Positions 1 through 9,576 of a stretch of 64,000 nt of DNA are shown in pieces. Each line of letters opens with the position of its first letter. Within the stretch, counting starts at the first letter, position 1. The DNA comes from an archaeon (lineage in GTDB: Archaea; Nanobdellota; Nanobdellia; Pacearchaeales; GW2011-AR1): assembly GCA_043810775.1 (NCBI GenBank), contig JBDRNU010000015.1:64001-128000 (forward strand), written 5' to 3'. Both the position numbers and the translations under genes were made by a program. The notes beneath the pieces are model-generated. The model saw only the letters and a list, made by a program, of their open reading frames with translations. It searched no databases and was not told the origin of the DNA.

Positions 1-468
1 TTCTCCCAAGGTACTCCTATAGCTGGTTTAGCTTACTGGATAGGTTCTTCTAATCTTGTAGAAGCATTTATAACTGGTAGTTTTCAATTAAGAATGCTAT
101 TTCAAGGAGTATTCCATATTTTGTTTTATATGGTATTTTCAACAATTTTTGCTGTTTTTTGGGTTAAAACTTCTGGTATGGATGCTCAAAGCCAAGCACA
201 TAATATAATGTCTTCAGGATTGCAAATACCTGGTTTCAGAAAAGATGAGCGCGTTTTAGAATCTGTACTTTCAAGATATATAATGCCTCTTACTATAATG
301 GGTGGGGCTGCTATAGGCTTATTAGCAGCTTCAGCTGATTTATTAGGGGCTCTTACAAGCGGTACAGCAATACTTTTAGCTGTAATGATATCATATCAAT
401 TTTATCAAAATATTGCACAGCAGCATGCAGTTGACATGCATCCTGCTTTGAAAAAGGTGATGGGTTAA
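1..468 (+). CDS. secY: Preprotein translocase SecY, C-terminal part (5' truncated by window edge)
   Basis: Frame 1 is open from base 1 (FSQGTPIAGLAYW...). It carries GLQIPGFRKD, L.RYI..LT..GG and SGTAILLAV, which are SecY/Sec61-alpha motifs. Confidence 0.95.
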   Translation, partial: FSQGTPIAGLAYWIGSSNLVEAFITGSFQLRMLFQGVFHILFYMVFSTIFAVFWVKTSGMDAQSQAHNIMSSGLQIPGFRKDERVLESVLSRYIMPLTIMGGAAIGLLAASADLLGALTSGTAILLAVMISYQFYQNIAQQHAVDMHPALKKVMG

Positions 469-469
469 A

Positions 470-1021
470 ATGGATAAAGAAGGAAAAGAAGGAAGTTTCA
501 AACCTGTAATGATTGTTTTAATTTTATCATTTATAATTGCAATTTATTGGGATTCCCAAACACTTACATTCATTAAAGATTTTGTGCATATAGTGCTAGA
601 TCCTAGTGCAGGAGCATTATTGGAGTGGAATATAACTTATGGTATGATGATTATTGTTCTCATCATATCCCTTATAACTATATTAGTTCAGAAGTATACT
701 ACTGACCAAGAAACTCTTCGCGAGTTAAGAAAAGAACAAAAAATCCTCCAGGAAGAAATGAAGAAATTTAAAGATCATCCTGAAAAGCTAATAGAACTTC
801 AGAAAAAACAATTTGAGTTTGTTCCCAAAACTATGAAACTTACTATGAGACCTATTATTTTTACAGGCATTCCTTTTATTTTATTTTTCAGATGGTTTCA
901 TGATTTTTTTACACTTGCAGGAAACCCTGAGTTTTTTGGATTTTTAAACTGGTTTTGGTTTTATTTAATATTTGCCATAATCTTTAGTAGTATATTTAAA
1001 AAAATTTTAAAAGTTGTATAA
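470..1021 (+). CDS. DUF106 / EMC3-TMCO1 (Oxa1 superfamily) membrane protein
   Basis: TM, coiled-coil, TM layout with MK..MRP...T.IPFI and W.WFY motifs. Lies in the usual position after secY. Confidence 0.85.
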   Translation: MDKEGKEGSFKPVMIVLILSFIIAIYWDSQTLTFIKDFVHIVLDPSAGALLEWNITYGMMIIVLIISLITILVQKYTTDQETLRELRKEQKILQEEMKKFKDHPEKLIELQKKQFEFVPKTMKLTMRPIIFTGIPFILFFRWFHDFFTLAGNPEFFGFLNWFWFYLIFAIIFSSIFKKILKVV

Positions 1022-1022
1022 A

Positions 1023-1415
1023 ATGCCAAATGAAAATTTAATAATTCAGCTAAGCTTACTAGAACAACAATCACAAGAAATAGAAAAACAGATTCAATTA
1101 ATTGATCATCAAATAAATGAATTACAAAACCTTTCAATTAGCTTGGATAAATTTAATGGTGAAGGAGAAATACTTGCCCCATTTGGAAAAGGTATATTTG
1201 TAAAGTCAGAAGTTAAGGATAAAAAATTATTCATGAATATTGGTTCTGGAATAGTGGTAAAGAAAACTCCTAAAGAAGCAGTAGAGATAGTTGAAAACCA
1301 AGTTGATAAATTATCTGCAGCAAAATCTGAGCTTCTTGAAGATATGGGTAAAATTAATGCCGAATTAATAAAACTAATAGATTTAGCTGAGAAATCCCAA
1401 GAATCTAAAGATTAG
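1023..1415 (+). CDS. pfdA: Prefoldin alpha subunit
   Basis: Coiled coils flank EILAPFGKGIFV and MNIGSGIVVKK beta hairpins. ATG at 1023 is preferred over TTG at 1014. Confidence 0.9.
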   Translation: MPNENLIIQLSLLEQQSQEIEKQIQLIDHQINELQNLSISLDKFNGEGEILAPFGKGIFVKSEVKDKKLFMNIGSGIVVKKTPKEAVEIVENQVDKLSAAKSELLEDMGKINAELIKLIDLAEKSQESKD

Positions 1416-2223
1416 TTATCTTCACAAATTTAAAATAAGTAAGAATTCCTAACTCAGAAACAATTGATTTAATATATTTTTTATCAATAAATTCAAAAGC
1501 AGGATTTTTAATCTTTATATTTTTAGGAGCATTATCCCAAACTTCATTTAATTTTCTTTGCTCAATAGGCACTTTTTGTTTTGTAAATTTCCATGAATCA
1601 GCCACAACATATAATGATATTCCTTGGTTTTTAGCCACTTGTGCAATTACTTCACTTCCCACTTTATTTATAATTCCTTTTTTTAAAATAGCATCAGCTC
1701 CTAAAAATACTTTATCAACTTTTTTATTTCCTTGTTCACCAGACAAAGCTATACTTAAAGCAGAATCAACAAATATAGTTACTTTAATCCCAGCTTTTCT
1801 TAGTTCTTTAGCAGTTTTTCTACCTTGCAATAAAGGTCTGGTTTCAGTATTATATACTTCAAATATCTTACCATTTTTTTTTGCATAAATCAACGCATTT
1901 AAAACATTAGTTGAATGACAGTGCGTGAAAATTACATCATTTTTTTTAATTAATCTGAAAATATATTTATTTATTTTTTCCTGAGCTGAATCAAAATGAT
2001 TTAATATTTCTTGATAAGGTTTTCTTTCAGCTAAGTTCAGAACATTTTCTAGCATTGGTTCTGTTGGTCTTAAATTCATAAGCTTTTTCTTGTTTTCTTT
2101 AGTAGGGATTATATGGTAAGCTTGAAGTGCAGCTTTTGCTACATTTCTAGCTCCCTGAATTTTCACTGACTGAATATTCTTGCATATTTGATTGAATTTT
2201 ATCTGCCTCTTTTGCTTTTTCAT
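1405..2223 (-). CDS. Ribose-1,5-bisphosphate isomerase (eIF-2B alpha/beta/delta family)
   Basis: IQGA, RPTEP, THCHS (catalytic Cys), ETRP, GAD (catalytic Asp), NKVGS and NPAF motifs. Confidence 0.85.
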   Translation of the reverse strand: MKKQKRQIKFNQICKNIQSVKIQGARNVAKAALQAYHIIPTKENKKKLMNLRPTEPMLENVLNLAERKPYQEILNHFDSAQEKINKYIFRLIKKNDVIFTHCHSTNVLNALIYAKKNGKIFEVYNTETRPLLQGRKTAKELRKAGIKVTIFVDSALSIALSGEQGNKKVDKVFLGADAILKKGIINKVGSEVIAQVAKNQGISLYVVADSWKFTKQKVPIEQRKLNEVWDNAPKNIKIKNPAFEFIDKKYIKSIVSELGILTYFKFVKITNL

Positions 2224-2257
2224 AAAACTTTAAATACACCTCAACCTTTTAAGTCTT

Positions 2258-3127
2258 ATGTTAGAGATGCTTTTAAGTCCTAAGAAAGCAGAAAGAGAAC
2301 CCTGGGAAATGTTTTTTATAGGAGTTTTTTATGCTTCCCTATCTTTTCTTTTAGTTAATTGGATATTTGGACAGGACGCAGTTCTAGTTAAATATTCAGG
2401 AATGATTATTGTAACTTTTACAGTTATGTTTTGTATACCTTTTGTATATGGGGTATTAAAAAGGGAAGAAGAAAAAGACATGGAGTATAGTGGGGCTTTT
2501 AGAATTTTGAAAGAGCATAGTCATGCTTTATATGTTTTTCTTTGGCTTTTTATGGGGGTAATTGTGGCTTTTTCATTTTTATATATAGTCTTTTCTATTT
2601 ATGGGGATTCAAGTCAGAGTTTTAGGGCGCAGATTGAAACTTATTGTATAATTAACAGGCCTGCAAACTTTAACGATTGTGTGGCAGAATATGGTGTAAA
2701 AGGGGTCTCAAGAACAACTGCTTTTTTAACAGCCAAAGAAAAACTTTTCATGATTTTTGCCAATAATATTTATGTCTTAATTTTTACCTTAGTTTTCTCT
2801 CTTATTTTTGGGGCAGGAGGATTTTTTGTTCTAGCTTGGAATGCTAGTGTAATAGCTGCAGCTATTGGTATCTTCACAAGATCAAACTTGGCTTCTCTTC
2901 CAATGGGTATAGCCCGTTATATGATTCATGGTATTCCTGAAATTGCAGCTTATTTTATTGGAATGCTTGCCGGAGGAATAATAAGTATAGCAATAATCAA
3001 ACATGATACTAGAAGTGAATATTTCTGGAATATTTTGCAAGACGCACTTAATCTAATAATTGTGGCAGTTGTCATATTATTTTTAGCTGCTTTAATAGAG
3101 GTATTTATCACTCCTGTATTATTCTAA
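2258..3127 (+). CDS. SpoIIM/DUF95 family membrane protein
   Basis: Multi-TM protein with IFANN, L.WNASV, HGIPEI and AALIE motifs. Confidence 0.8.
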   Translation: MLEMLLSPKKAEREPWEMFFIGVFYASLSFLLVNWIFGQDAVLVKYSGMIIVTFTVMFCIPFVYGVLKREEEKDMEYSGAFRILKEHSHALYVFLWLFMGVIVAFSFLYIVFSIYGDSSQSFRAQIETYCIINRPANFNDCVAEYGVKGVSRTTAFLTAKEKLFMIFANNIYVLIFTLVFSLIFGAGGFFVLAWNASVIAAAIGIFTRSNLASLPMGIARYMIHGIPEIAAYFIGMLAGGIISIAIIKHDTRSEYFWNILQDALNLIIVAVVILFLAALIEVFITPVLF

Positions 3128-3168
3128 AGAAAACTTATTTAAACTAATAAAACCTAAGATAAAAAAAG

Positions 3169-4884
3169 ATGGTGCAAGATATATTTTTCCAAATAAGTTT
3201 GATACTAGTTATAGCTTTGACTATTTCTTTTATTATGAGGCTTTTAAAACAGCCTTTAATAATAGGTTATATTCTCACAGGTATACTAGTGGGTCCATTC
3301 TTATTTGATTTACTTCCTCAGGAAAGCACTACTCTCCAGACTTTTTCTGAGCTTGGAATAGCATTTCTTTTATTTATAGTTGGGCTGCATTTAAGTCCTA
3401 GAGTTATAAAAGAAGTTGGAAAAATCTCACTAATAACAGGCATAGGTCAAGTTATTTTTACTTCTGTAATTGGTTATTTTATTGCCTTATTACTGGGTTT
3501 TCCAGTTATATCTTCTATTTATATTGCAATTGCACTGACATTTTCTTCTACTATCATAATTATGAAGCTTTTATCTGACAAAGATGCCCTTGACAAGCTT
3601 TATGGAAAGATTTCAATAGGTTTCTTGCTTGTCCAGGACATTATAGCAATTATTATTTTAATCATAATCTCTTCCTTTTCAAATGGAGGTAACATTTTAA
3701 CTTCAATTTCTCAGATTGCATTTAAAGGAGTTATTATTCTTATTTTTCTTGTACCTTTAAGTTATTTTGTTTTGCCTAAGCTAAGTTCATTTTTTGCAAA
3801 ATCGCAAGAATTTCTTTTTGTATTTGCAATTACCTGGGGGTTAGGATTAGCTTCCTTATTTTTTTATGCTGGTTTTTCAGTAGAAGTTGGAGCACTAATA
3901 GCAGGAGTAATGTTATCTATCTCCCCTTATAGTTATGAGATAAGTTCAAAGCTCAGACCTTTAAGGGATTTTTTTATAATTTCATTTTTCATACTTCTAG
4001 GTCATCAGTTAGTATTTAAAGAAATCTCGAACTTAATCTTTCCTGCACTAATATTCTCTTTGTTTGTTTTAATAGGCAATCCTCTTATAATCATGGTATT
4101 AATGGGAATTTTTGGATACAGTCGTAATACTGGTTTTATGGCAGGACTTACTGTTGCCCAAATCAGTGAATTCTCACTAATATTAATTGCGTTAGGAGTT
4201 AAAATAGGTCATCTGTCTAATGAGATACTCTCTTTTGTAACTGTTATAGGTTTGATAACTATTGCAGGTTCAGCATATCTTATAACTTATTCTGAAAAAA
4301 TTTATACCTATATTTATCCATATTTATCTATCTTTGAGAAAAAAAATCTCAAGGAGAAAAAAGAAAGCATAAAGAACTATGAGTATATTTTATTTGGAGA
4401 AAATAGGATTGGATTTTCAATTATGAAATCATTTAAAAAATTGAATAAAAATTATCTTATTGTTGACTACAATCCTACAAGAGTCAATAAACTTAGTTCA
4501 GAAAAAGTATCTTGCATTTTTGGTGACGTTTCTAATTCTGAATTTTTAGACAGCTTAAAACTCGAAAAAGCAAAGCTAGTAGCTTCTACAATACCGGAGC
4601 AAGAAACAAATATGATAATACTCAGCAAGGTAAGATCAATTAATAAAAATGCTATAATAATAGTTACTGCGCGTCAAATACAAGAAGCATTTGATTTATA
4701 CTCTTCTGGAGCAAATTATGTGATCTTACCCCATTTTCTTGGAGGAGAGTATATTGCCAATATTATAGAAAAAGCAAAAGATAATAAAAAAGAGTATGAA
4801 AAAGAGAAAAAGAAACAAATTAAAGATCTAAAAGAAAGGCTTGGGGAAGGTCAAGAGCATCCAAAAATAGAAAAGCATGTGTAA
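3169..4884 (+). CDS. Kef-type cation:proton antiporter with C-terminal TrkA-N (RCK) domain
   Basis: GYILTG, LLF.VGL, FSST, LLVQD and QISEFS motifs, followed by a C-terminal RCK domain (VDYNP, IFGD). Confidence 0.9.
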   Translation: MVQDIFFQISLILVIALTISFIMRLLKQPLIIGYILTGILVGPFLFDLLPQESTTLQTFSELGIAFLLFIVGLHLSPRVIKEVGKISLITGIGQVIFTSVIGYFIALLLGFPVISSIYIAIALTFSSTIIIMKLLSDKDALDKLYGKISIGFLLVQDIIAIIILIIISSFSNGGNILTSISQIAFKGVIILIFLVPLSYFVLPKLSSFFAKSQEFLFVFAITWGLGLASLFFYAGFSVEVGALIAGVMLSISPYSYEISSKLRPLRDFFIISFFILLGHQLVFKEISNLIFPALIFSLFVLIGNPLIIMVLMGIFGYSRNTGFMAGLTVAQISEFSLILIALGVKIGHLSNEILSFVTVIGLITIAGSAYLITYSEKIYTYIYPYLSIFEKKNLKEKKESIKNYEYILFGENRIGFSIMKSFKKLNKNYLIVDYNPTRVNKLSSEKVSCIFGDVSNSEFLDSLKLEKAKLVASTIPEQETNMIILSKVRSINKNAIIIVTARQIQEAFDLYSSGANYVILPHFLGGEYIANIIEKAKDNKKEYEKEKKKQIKDLKERLGEGQEHPKIEKHV

Positions 4885-4926
4885 TTAAATTTATAAATCT
4901 CATTTACTAATTAATTTTAATAAAAG

Positions 4927-7695
4927 ATGGTGAAAACTAAATTTATATTTTTACTAAGTATATTTATATTATTAAGTATTAGTGGTGTCTTTGCTTTTGA
5001 CCTAAACGGAACCACCTATACTTTTAATAGGGTTGCTCTCAATAATACCAATATCTCTGTAACTGTCCAAGATCAAACTTTCACAGAAATATCAGTAAAT
5101 ACCTCCAATTCTAATTCAACAGGAAATTTTAACCTAAGCCTTGCTGATGATATAACTTATATGTATCAGCTTTTACTATGGCATCATAATGGCTCAATGG
5201 TAGATTATGTAGCTAAACCTCTTCCTACACTTCCTTATTCAGAGTTCTCACAACTTAGAAATGTTAATTTTTACTTATTTGAAGCAGGAACAATAAATAT
5301 CACAGCAGTGAACAGGACAGGAGATTTAATTCCAAATAGTCAATTTACTTATAGTGTAAAAGACACTAAATTAGGTTATCCTATTTCAAACTGTATGAAT
5401 TCAGGATCTAAAGAGGTTGTTTGTTATCTTCAAAAAGACAGAAATTATTCAATCATGATTTATCCTGCTGATGGATCTCCTGAGCACTTTGTTCCAGTTA
5501 GTTTTGACTGGAATAATTTTAGTTCTACTTCAAATTATACTACTGGACTATCTAATTATATTGCCAATACAAGAACTTTTCATAAGCAATTCAATGTATC
5601 AGAAAGCTTCATAAGAATCTCTGGGTATATTACTGAACCTAATATTGAGGGGTGGGATGACTTTTCAATCATACCTTATTTACAAGAACCAGGAGGAATG
5701 ATATTTATGTCTATGGGGTTTATTCCTTTTAATGCAAGTTCTTGGAATTCAGCACAATCAGATTATTATAACAACTACACAGGTTTTTATAACATAACTG
5801 TACCCTACTCTACATCAGAAACTGTTGAATATATGTTTTATGCAGCAGCAAGGAATGGTTCGACTTATTATGGGGGCTTTAAGAATATTACCAATCCATC
5901 ACACCAAGGTAATTTTAATATTTCTATGTATGGCTTATTAGGTATTAATTCTACTATAAACCAGACAAGAGGAGATGGATTAGGATCTCTTGCAGTAAAC
6001 ACCAAGAAACAATCTTTTTATTTTGTTAATTCATCAGGATTCCATAATAGTGTTACTGTTTTTGTAGATGTTAAAGTAGATTACTCTGCTTATGGTTCCA
6101 GAGAATTTACTTTTATGGAAGATGTAGGAGATAGTGGAATTTCAAATAATTTTTCTATTCCTTTATTGAATGTTACAGGAATTAAGGAAATAAATATCTT
6201 TAGTAGCACTTTCGCTCCAAGAAGGATTCCCACAAAAACAGCAGCCCAAATTTCAGCTAATAATAATATAACTCTGACTGCTTTTAATCCTGCAGATATT
6301 GATGGTGCAGACATTTCCTCAAGCCTCACCATTAAAATATATCAATCAAACTCAACTTGTGACGTACCAGAACCTTCAGCAGCTTGTTTAATCACCTCAA
6401 CAACAGGAGCATCTAACTTTAATCCAATTTCAGCAGTAATGGGTGGTGGTCAAATTAGCTTTAGAATGGGTTTGGGTGGTTCTGGAATCGAAATTCACTA
6501 CGTTAATGTCGATATGCTTGCTTCAGGGCCTCCTGATGGATTATTTGATGACTCTGCGAATACGGCAGGCACTTCAGGAACATCTTTTAATTCAGTACTA
6601 AGATTTGGTTCAAAAGGTCCAAAAATTTATGATTATATCCTAATGTCTATACCTTATTCAGAAACAGCTGGTTCTGGTTTAAATGATTCAGCACCAGTAA
6701 ACATGAGTATTCCTACATTTTATGATGAGGATTGGAATACAATATGGTTAACTTCAACTAATGGAACTAATGCTTCAAATCTAGCCTCAAATGATACCCA
6801 TTATGCTGAAAGGCAAGATGAGTGGCAACAACTTATGGTTTCAAAAGCTTGTACAACAAGTGTAGCTATATTCAATGCAACAACACCTTGTTTTATCAGC
6901 ACGTCAAGTAATAAAATTTGGATAAGACTTCCTCATTTTTCTGGAACAGGCCCCCGACTTACAGGCACAGTGCTTGCTTCAGCTGCAAGCGGAGATGATG
7001 ACAGCTCTTCAAGCAGTTCTTCTTCAAGTGGAGGAGATGATGAACAAGCAACATCTAATAAAAAAGTAAAAAGTTGGACACTAATGGAGTCTGATAAAAG
7101 TTATACTATGAACATTGATAGTAGTGTTTTTGGACTAGATAAAATAGAAATTGAAGTTGGTTCAAATACCTCAAATGCAAAAATTACATTATATAAATAT
7201 GATGAAAAACCAGGAGCAGTTTCTGAGAAATTAGGTAAGGTTTACAAGTATATACAAATATTTGCTGAAAACCTAGATAATAATATGACTAAATCCATTT
7301 TAACTTTGCAAGTTAATAAGTCTTGGGTAGATACTAATACTAATAAAAACTCTATTTCATTATATAGATATAATTCTGCAACCTCCTCATGGGATAATCT
7401 AAATGCTTCATATTCTACTGCAGATTCAGGAAATTATTATTACAAAGTTAATCTTAAAAGTTTCAGCTTTTTTGCGATTGCTACACCAGATTCAGCAGCT
7501 AGTAATGCTTCTTCTGGAGATGTTAATTCAACTACTGTTGGAACTGACCAAGAATCTGGTGAGGATGGGCAAAGTACCAGTATCTGGATATGGATTTTAG
7601 GAATCATAATAGTGGTTATTATAATCACCATAATCATATTTGGAGCTCTTGAATATAGGAGCAGAATGTTTATTTCTAAACGAAAGAATAATTAA
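4927..7695 (+). CDS. Large surface glycoprotein with PGF-pre-PGF-like domain and C-terminal TM anchor
   Basis: Signal peptide, many N-x-S/T sequons and a Ser-rich linker. The distal domain has VYKYIQI...V.KSWV...LYRY...W..L...FSFFAI, followed by a C-terminal TM. Confidence 0.75.
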   Translation: MVKTKFIFLLSIFILLSISGVFAFDLNGTTYTFNRVALNNTNISVTVQDQTFTEISVNTSNSNSTGNFNLSLADDITYMYQLLLWHHNGSMVDYVAKPLPTLPYSEFSQLRNVNFYLFEAGTINITAVNRTGDLIPNSQFTYSVKDTKLGYPISNCMNSGSKEVVCYLQKDRNYSIMIYPADGSPEHFVPVSFDWNNFSSTSNYTTGLSNYIANTRTFHKQFNVSESFIRISGYITEPNIEGWDDFSIIPYLQEPGGMIFMSMGFIPFNASSWNSAQSDYYNNYTGFYNITVPYSTSETVEYMFYAAARNGSTYYGGFKNITNPSHQGNFNISMYGLLGINSTINQTRGDGLGSLAVNTKKQSFYFVNSSGFHNSVTVFVDVKVDYSAYGSREFTFMEDVGDSGISNNFSIPLLNVTGIKEINIFSSTFAPRRIPTKTAAQISANNNITLTAFNPADIDGADISSSLTIKIYQSNSTCDVPEPSAACLITSTTGASNFNPISAVMGGGQISFRMGLGGSGIEIHYVNVDMLASGPPDGLFDDSANTAGTSGTSFNSVLRFGSKGPKIYDYILMSIPYSETAGSGLNDSAPVNMSIPTFYDEDWNTIWLTSTNGTNASNLASNDTHYAERQDEWQQLMVSKACTTSVAIFNATTPCFISTSSNKIWIRLPHFSGTGPRLTGTVLASAASGDDDSSSSSSSSSGGDDEQATSNKKVKSWTLMESDKSYTMNIDSSVFGLDKIEIEVGSNTSNAKITLYKYDEKPGAVSEKLGKVYKYIQIFAENLDNNMTKSILTLQVNKSWVDTNTNKNSISLYRYNSATSSWDNLNASYSTADSGNYYYKVNLKSFSFFAIATPDSAASNASSGDVNSTTVGTDQESGEDGQSTSIWIWILGIIIVVIIITIIIFGALEYRSRMFISKRKNN

Positions 7696-7725
7696 GTTTT
7701 TAAACTTTCAATAATTATTATCTTA

Positions 7726-8007
7726 ATGGTAATTAGGGATACAGATTATATTCAACAGTTAGCCAATTATATTAAAAAAAATCTTCAAAAAAAGTATACT
7801 TCTGATTCTTTAAGGTTCGCCTTGTTAAATCAAGGTTATTCTAGGGCTGAAGTTGATAGAGCAATAAGACTAGCTAATGAGCAGATGGCAAAAGAAGCTC
7901 CTAAAATGATTGAAAAGCCTGTAATTAAGTATGAAGTTGAATCTGTTGGTGAAGAGGGTGAAGTAAAAATTGGTTTTTGGGCTAGGATAAAGAAGTGGTT
8001 CAGCTAG
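7726..8007 (+). CDS. Conserved hypothetical protein (small helical domain)
   Basis: ORF with an upstream TATA-like box. YIKKNL.K.Y....LR.AL..QGY pattern. Confidence 0.6.
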   Translation: MVIRDTDYIQQLANYIKKNLQKKYTSDSLRFALLNQGYSRAEVDRAIRLANEQMAKEAPKMIEKPVIKYEVESVGEEGEVKIGFWARIKKWFS

Positions 8008-8491
8008 AGTTCAAGTATTTTTTTATTAATTTAATTTTTTCATCATCAGCTTGGCCCTGTTTCTTTCTTCTGTAATCATCATTATATACTGTTTCGTAAG
8101 CTTTTAGATATTGTTTAGCATTAAGTTGCCGAAAACTTATATCCTTAATTTTAGTCTCTTCAAGTTTATTAGGATTTGTACCTGATTCAAACAGAATTGA
8201 CTCTTTTGCAAAAGCTACTATTTGATTCTTTCTTTTGAATTCATGCTCATGCTCATCTATCATATTATAATTTAATTCTTTCATAAGTGAAATTAGTTTT
8301 AACCATTTTTTACCAATATATTCATCTGCTATTAAAATATCTATATCATTAGCCTCACTAAATTCGCCTATTTTTAATTGTAAACCTAAAGAACCATATA
8401 TTACTGGTGAAATATTAAATTTTTTATTAATTAATTTAGCAGCTTCTAAGAAAATCTTGAATTTCTCTTCATTAATTATTAATTTCTTCAT
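8000..8491 (-). CDS. Nucleotidyltransferase (Pol-beta superfamily) like protein
   Basis: IYGSLGL and NDIDIL motifs. Start moved to ATG 8491 because the longer ORF runs through the tRNA. Confidence 0.65.
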   Translation of the reverse strand: MKKLIINEEKFKIFLEAAKLINKKFNISPVIYGSLGLQLKIGEFSEANDIDILIADEYIGKKWLKLISLMKELNYNMIDEHEHEFKRKNQIVAFAKESILFESGTNPNKLEETKIKDISFRQLNAKQYLKAYETVYNDDYRRKKQGQADDEKIKLIKKYLNSS

Positions 8492-8501
8492 TTTAGAACT
8501 A

Positions 8502-8594
8502 CGCCCGCGCCAGGAATCGAACCTGGATGCCCAAAGGGCCCGGCTTTCTAGTGTTAAACTCAAGGCCGGTGCAATACCATTATGCGACGCGGGC
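8502..8594 (-). tRNA. tRNA-Ser(UGA) with 13-nt intron at 37/38 (intron 8546-8558)
   Basis: Acceptor GCCCGCG/CGCGGGC, discriminator G, anticodon stem CCGGC/GCCGG, long variable arm GCCCTTTGGGC and T-arm CCAGG-TTCGATT-CCTGG. Confidence 0.9.
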
Positions 8595-8626
8595 TTAAAT
8601 TGAGAATTCTCTAGTGCTTTTAAATA

Positions 8627-9202
8627 TTACTTAAGCTGAGGTAAATAAATATGAGCAGAAATAGAATGGCAAGTAAGAGTTCCTGGTTTTATTTTAAGTT
8701 CTTCACATAAGCATCTCATTAATTTTCCTTGGAATGCTAAATTTGAATAAGCTTTTCCCCCATAGTCATGGCTCCTATAAATACATGTTGCGTTTAATCT
8801 ATTTTTTTCAGTCTTATAATTTATCAAGCTTAAGCAAGTAAAATGATTAGCCAAATCTATCTTAGGTTCAATAAGACTGATAGTTGCAGACCTTGAATCA
8901 GGTTTGTTTTTTAGTTTCTCTATAATTAATTCCATCTGATTCATACCATAATAGTCAAAAATTCTGCTGTATTCAGAAAACCATGTATCAGCAGGTAATG
9001 GATTAATGAGATAACTAAACAAAAAATCAGCATCTTCTTCAGATGGTTCTCCTAAGTCTAATGGGCTTTCTATATTCAAGATAAGGTTACTTATTTCTCT
9101 AGTGTTTTTCCCTTCGTGAATTATATTTTTCCCTTCATTAATTATAGCTTTTACAGCATTTATCCACACATCAACTATTGTTGTACCTATAACTTTTTTC
9201 AT
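8627..9202 (-). CDS. Thymidylate synthase family protein (short, divergent archaeal type)
   Basis: NQ...I.KL...PDSR, TCLS (catalytic Cys), YRSHD, SN and SAHIY motifs. Confidence 0.75.
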   Translation of the reverse strand: MKKVIGTTIVDVWINAVKAIINEGKNIIHEGKNTREISNLILNIESPLDLGEPSEEDADFLFSYLINPLPADTWFSEYSRIFDYYGMNQMELIIEKLKNKPDSRSATISLIEPKIDLANHFTCLSLINYKTEKNRLNATCIYRSHDYGGKAYSNLAFQGKLMRCLCEELKIKPGTLTCHSISAHIYLPQLK

Positions 9203-9285
9203 TTCTTCTATACTTTATAGATCTTTTTAAACTTTCTTGTAAGAACTAGGTTTGAAAGTTTGCCTGCTGCTAATAATTAAAAAAT

Positions 9286-9576
9286 TCAACCAAATAGTGC
9301 AGACAAACCTTCTGCTGCTTCTTCTGCTTTTTCTTCAGTCTTTTCTGACTTCTCTTCAGTCTTTTCTGCCGGTCCGCCAGAAGCAGGTGCCACAGCTACT
9401 AATGACGCAGATTCTAATTCTTTATCAATATCTACATCTTTCAAGCTTGCAATTAAAGTCTTTACTTTTGCTTCATCAACTTCTGACCCAGTCGCCGATA
9501 TCACTTTCTTTAAATTTGTTTCATTTACTGCTTGTCCAGTTTTATGCAATAGCAAAGCCCCATATACGTATTCCAT
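9286..9576 (-). CDS. rpl12: 50S ribosomal protein P1 (L12p)
   Basis: MEYVYGALLLH N-terminus and acidic tail ending GLSALFG. Confidence 0.97.
   Translation of the reverse strand: MEYVYGALLLHKTGQAVNETNLKKVISATGSEVDEAKVKTLIASLKDVDIDKELESASLVAVAPASGGPAEKTEEKSEKTEEKAEEAAEGLSALFG

Noticed and set aside
1405-2223. Translation factor eIF-2B subunit
   Set aside because: The Cys and Asp catalytic positions and the RPTEP motif fit ribose-1,5-bisphosphate isomerase better.
6990-7045. Ser/Asp low-complexity tract as a DNA repeat
   Set aside because: Codons vary, so it is an ordinary protein linker rather than a tandem DNA repeat.
8492-8563. N-terminal extension of ORF 8000..8563
   Set aside because: It runs through the tRNA-Ser gene. 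ATG 8491 gives a coherent protein.
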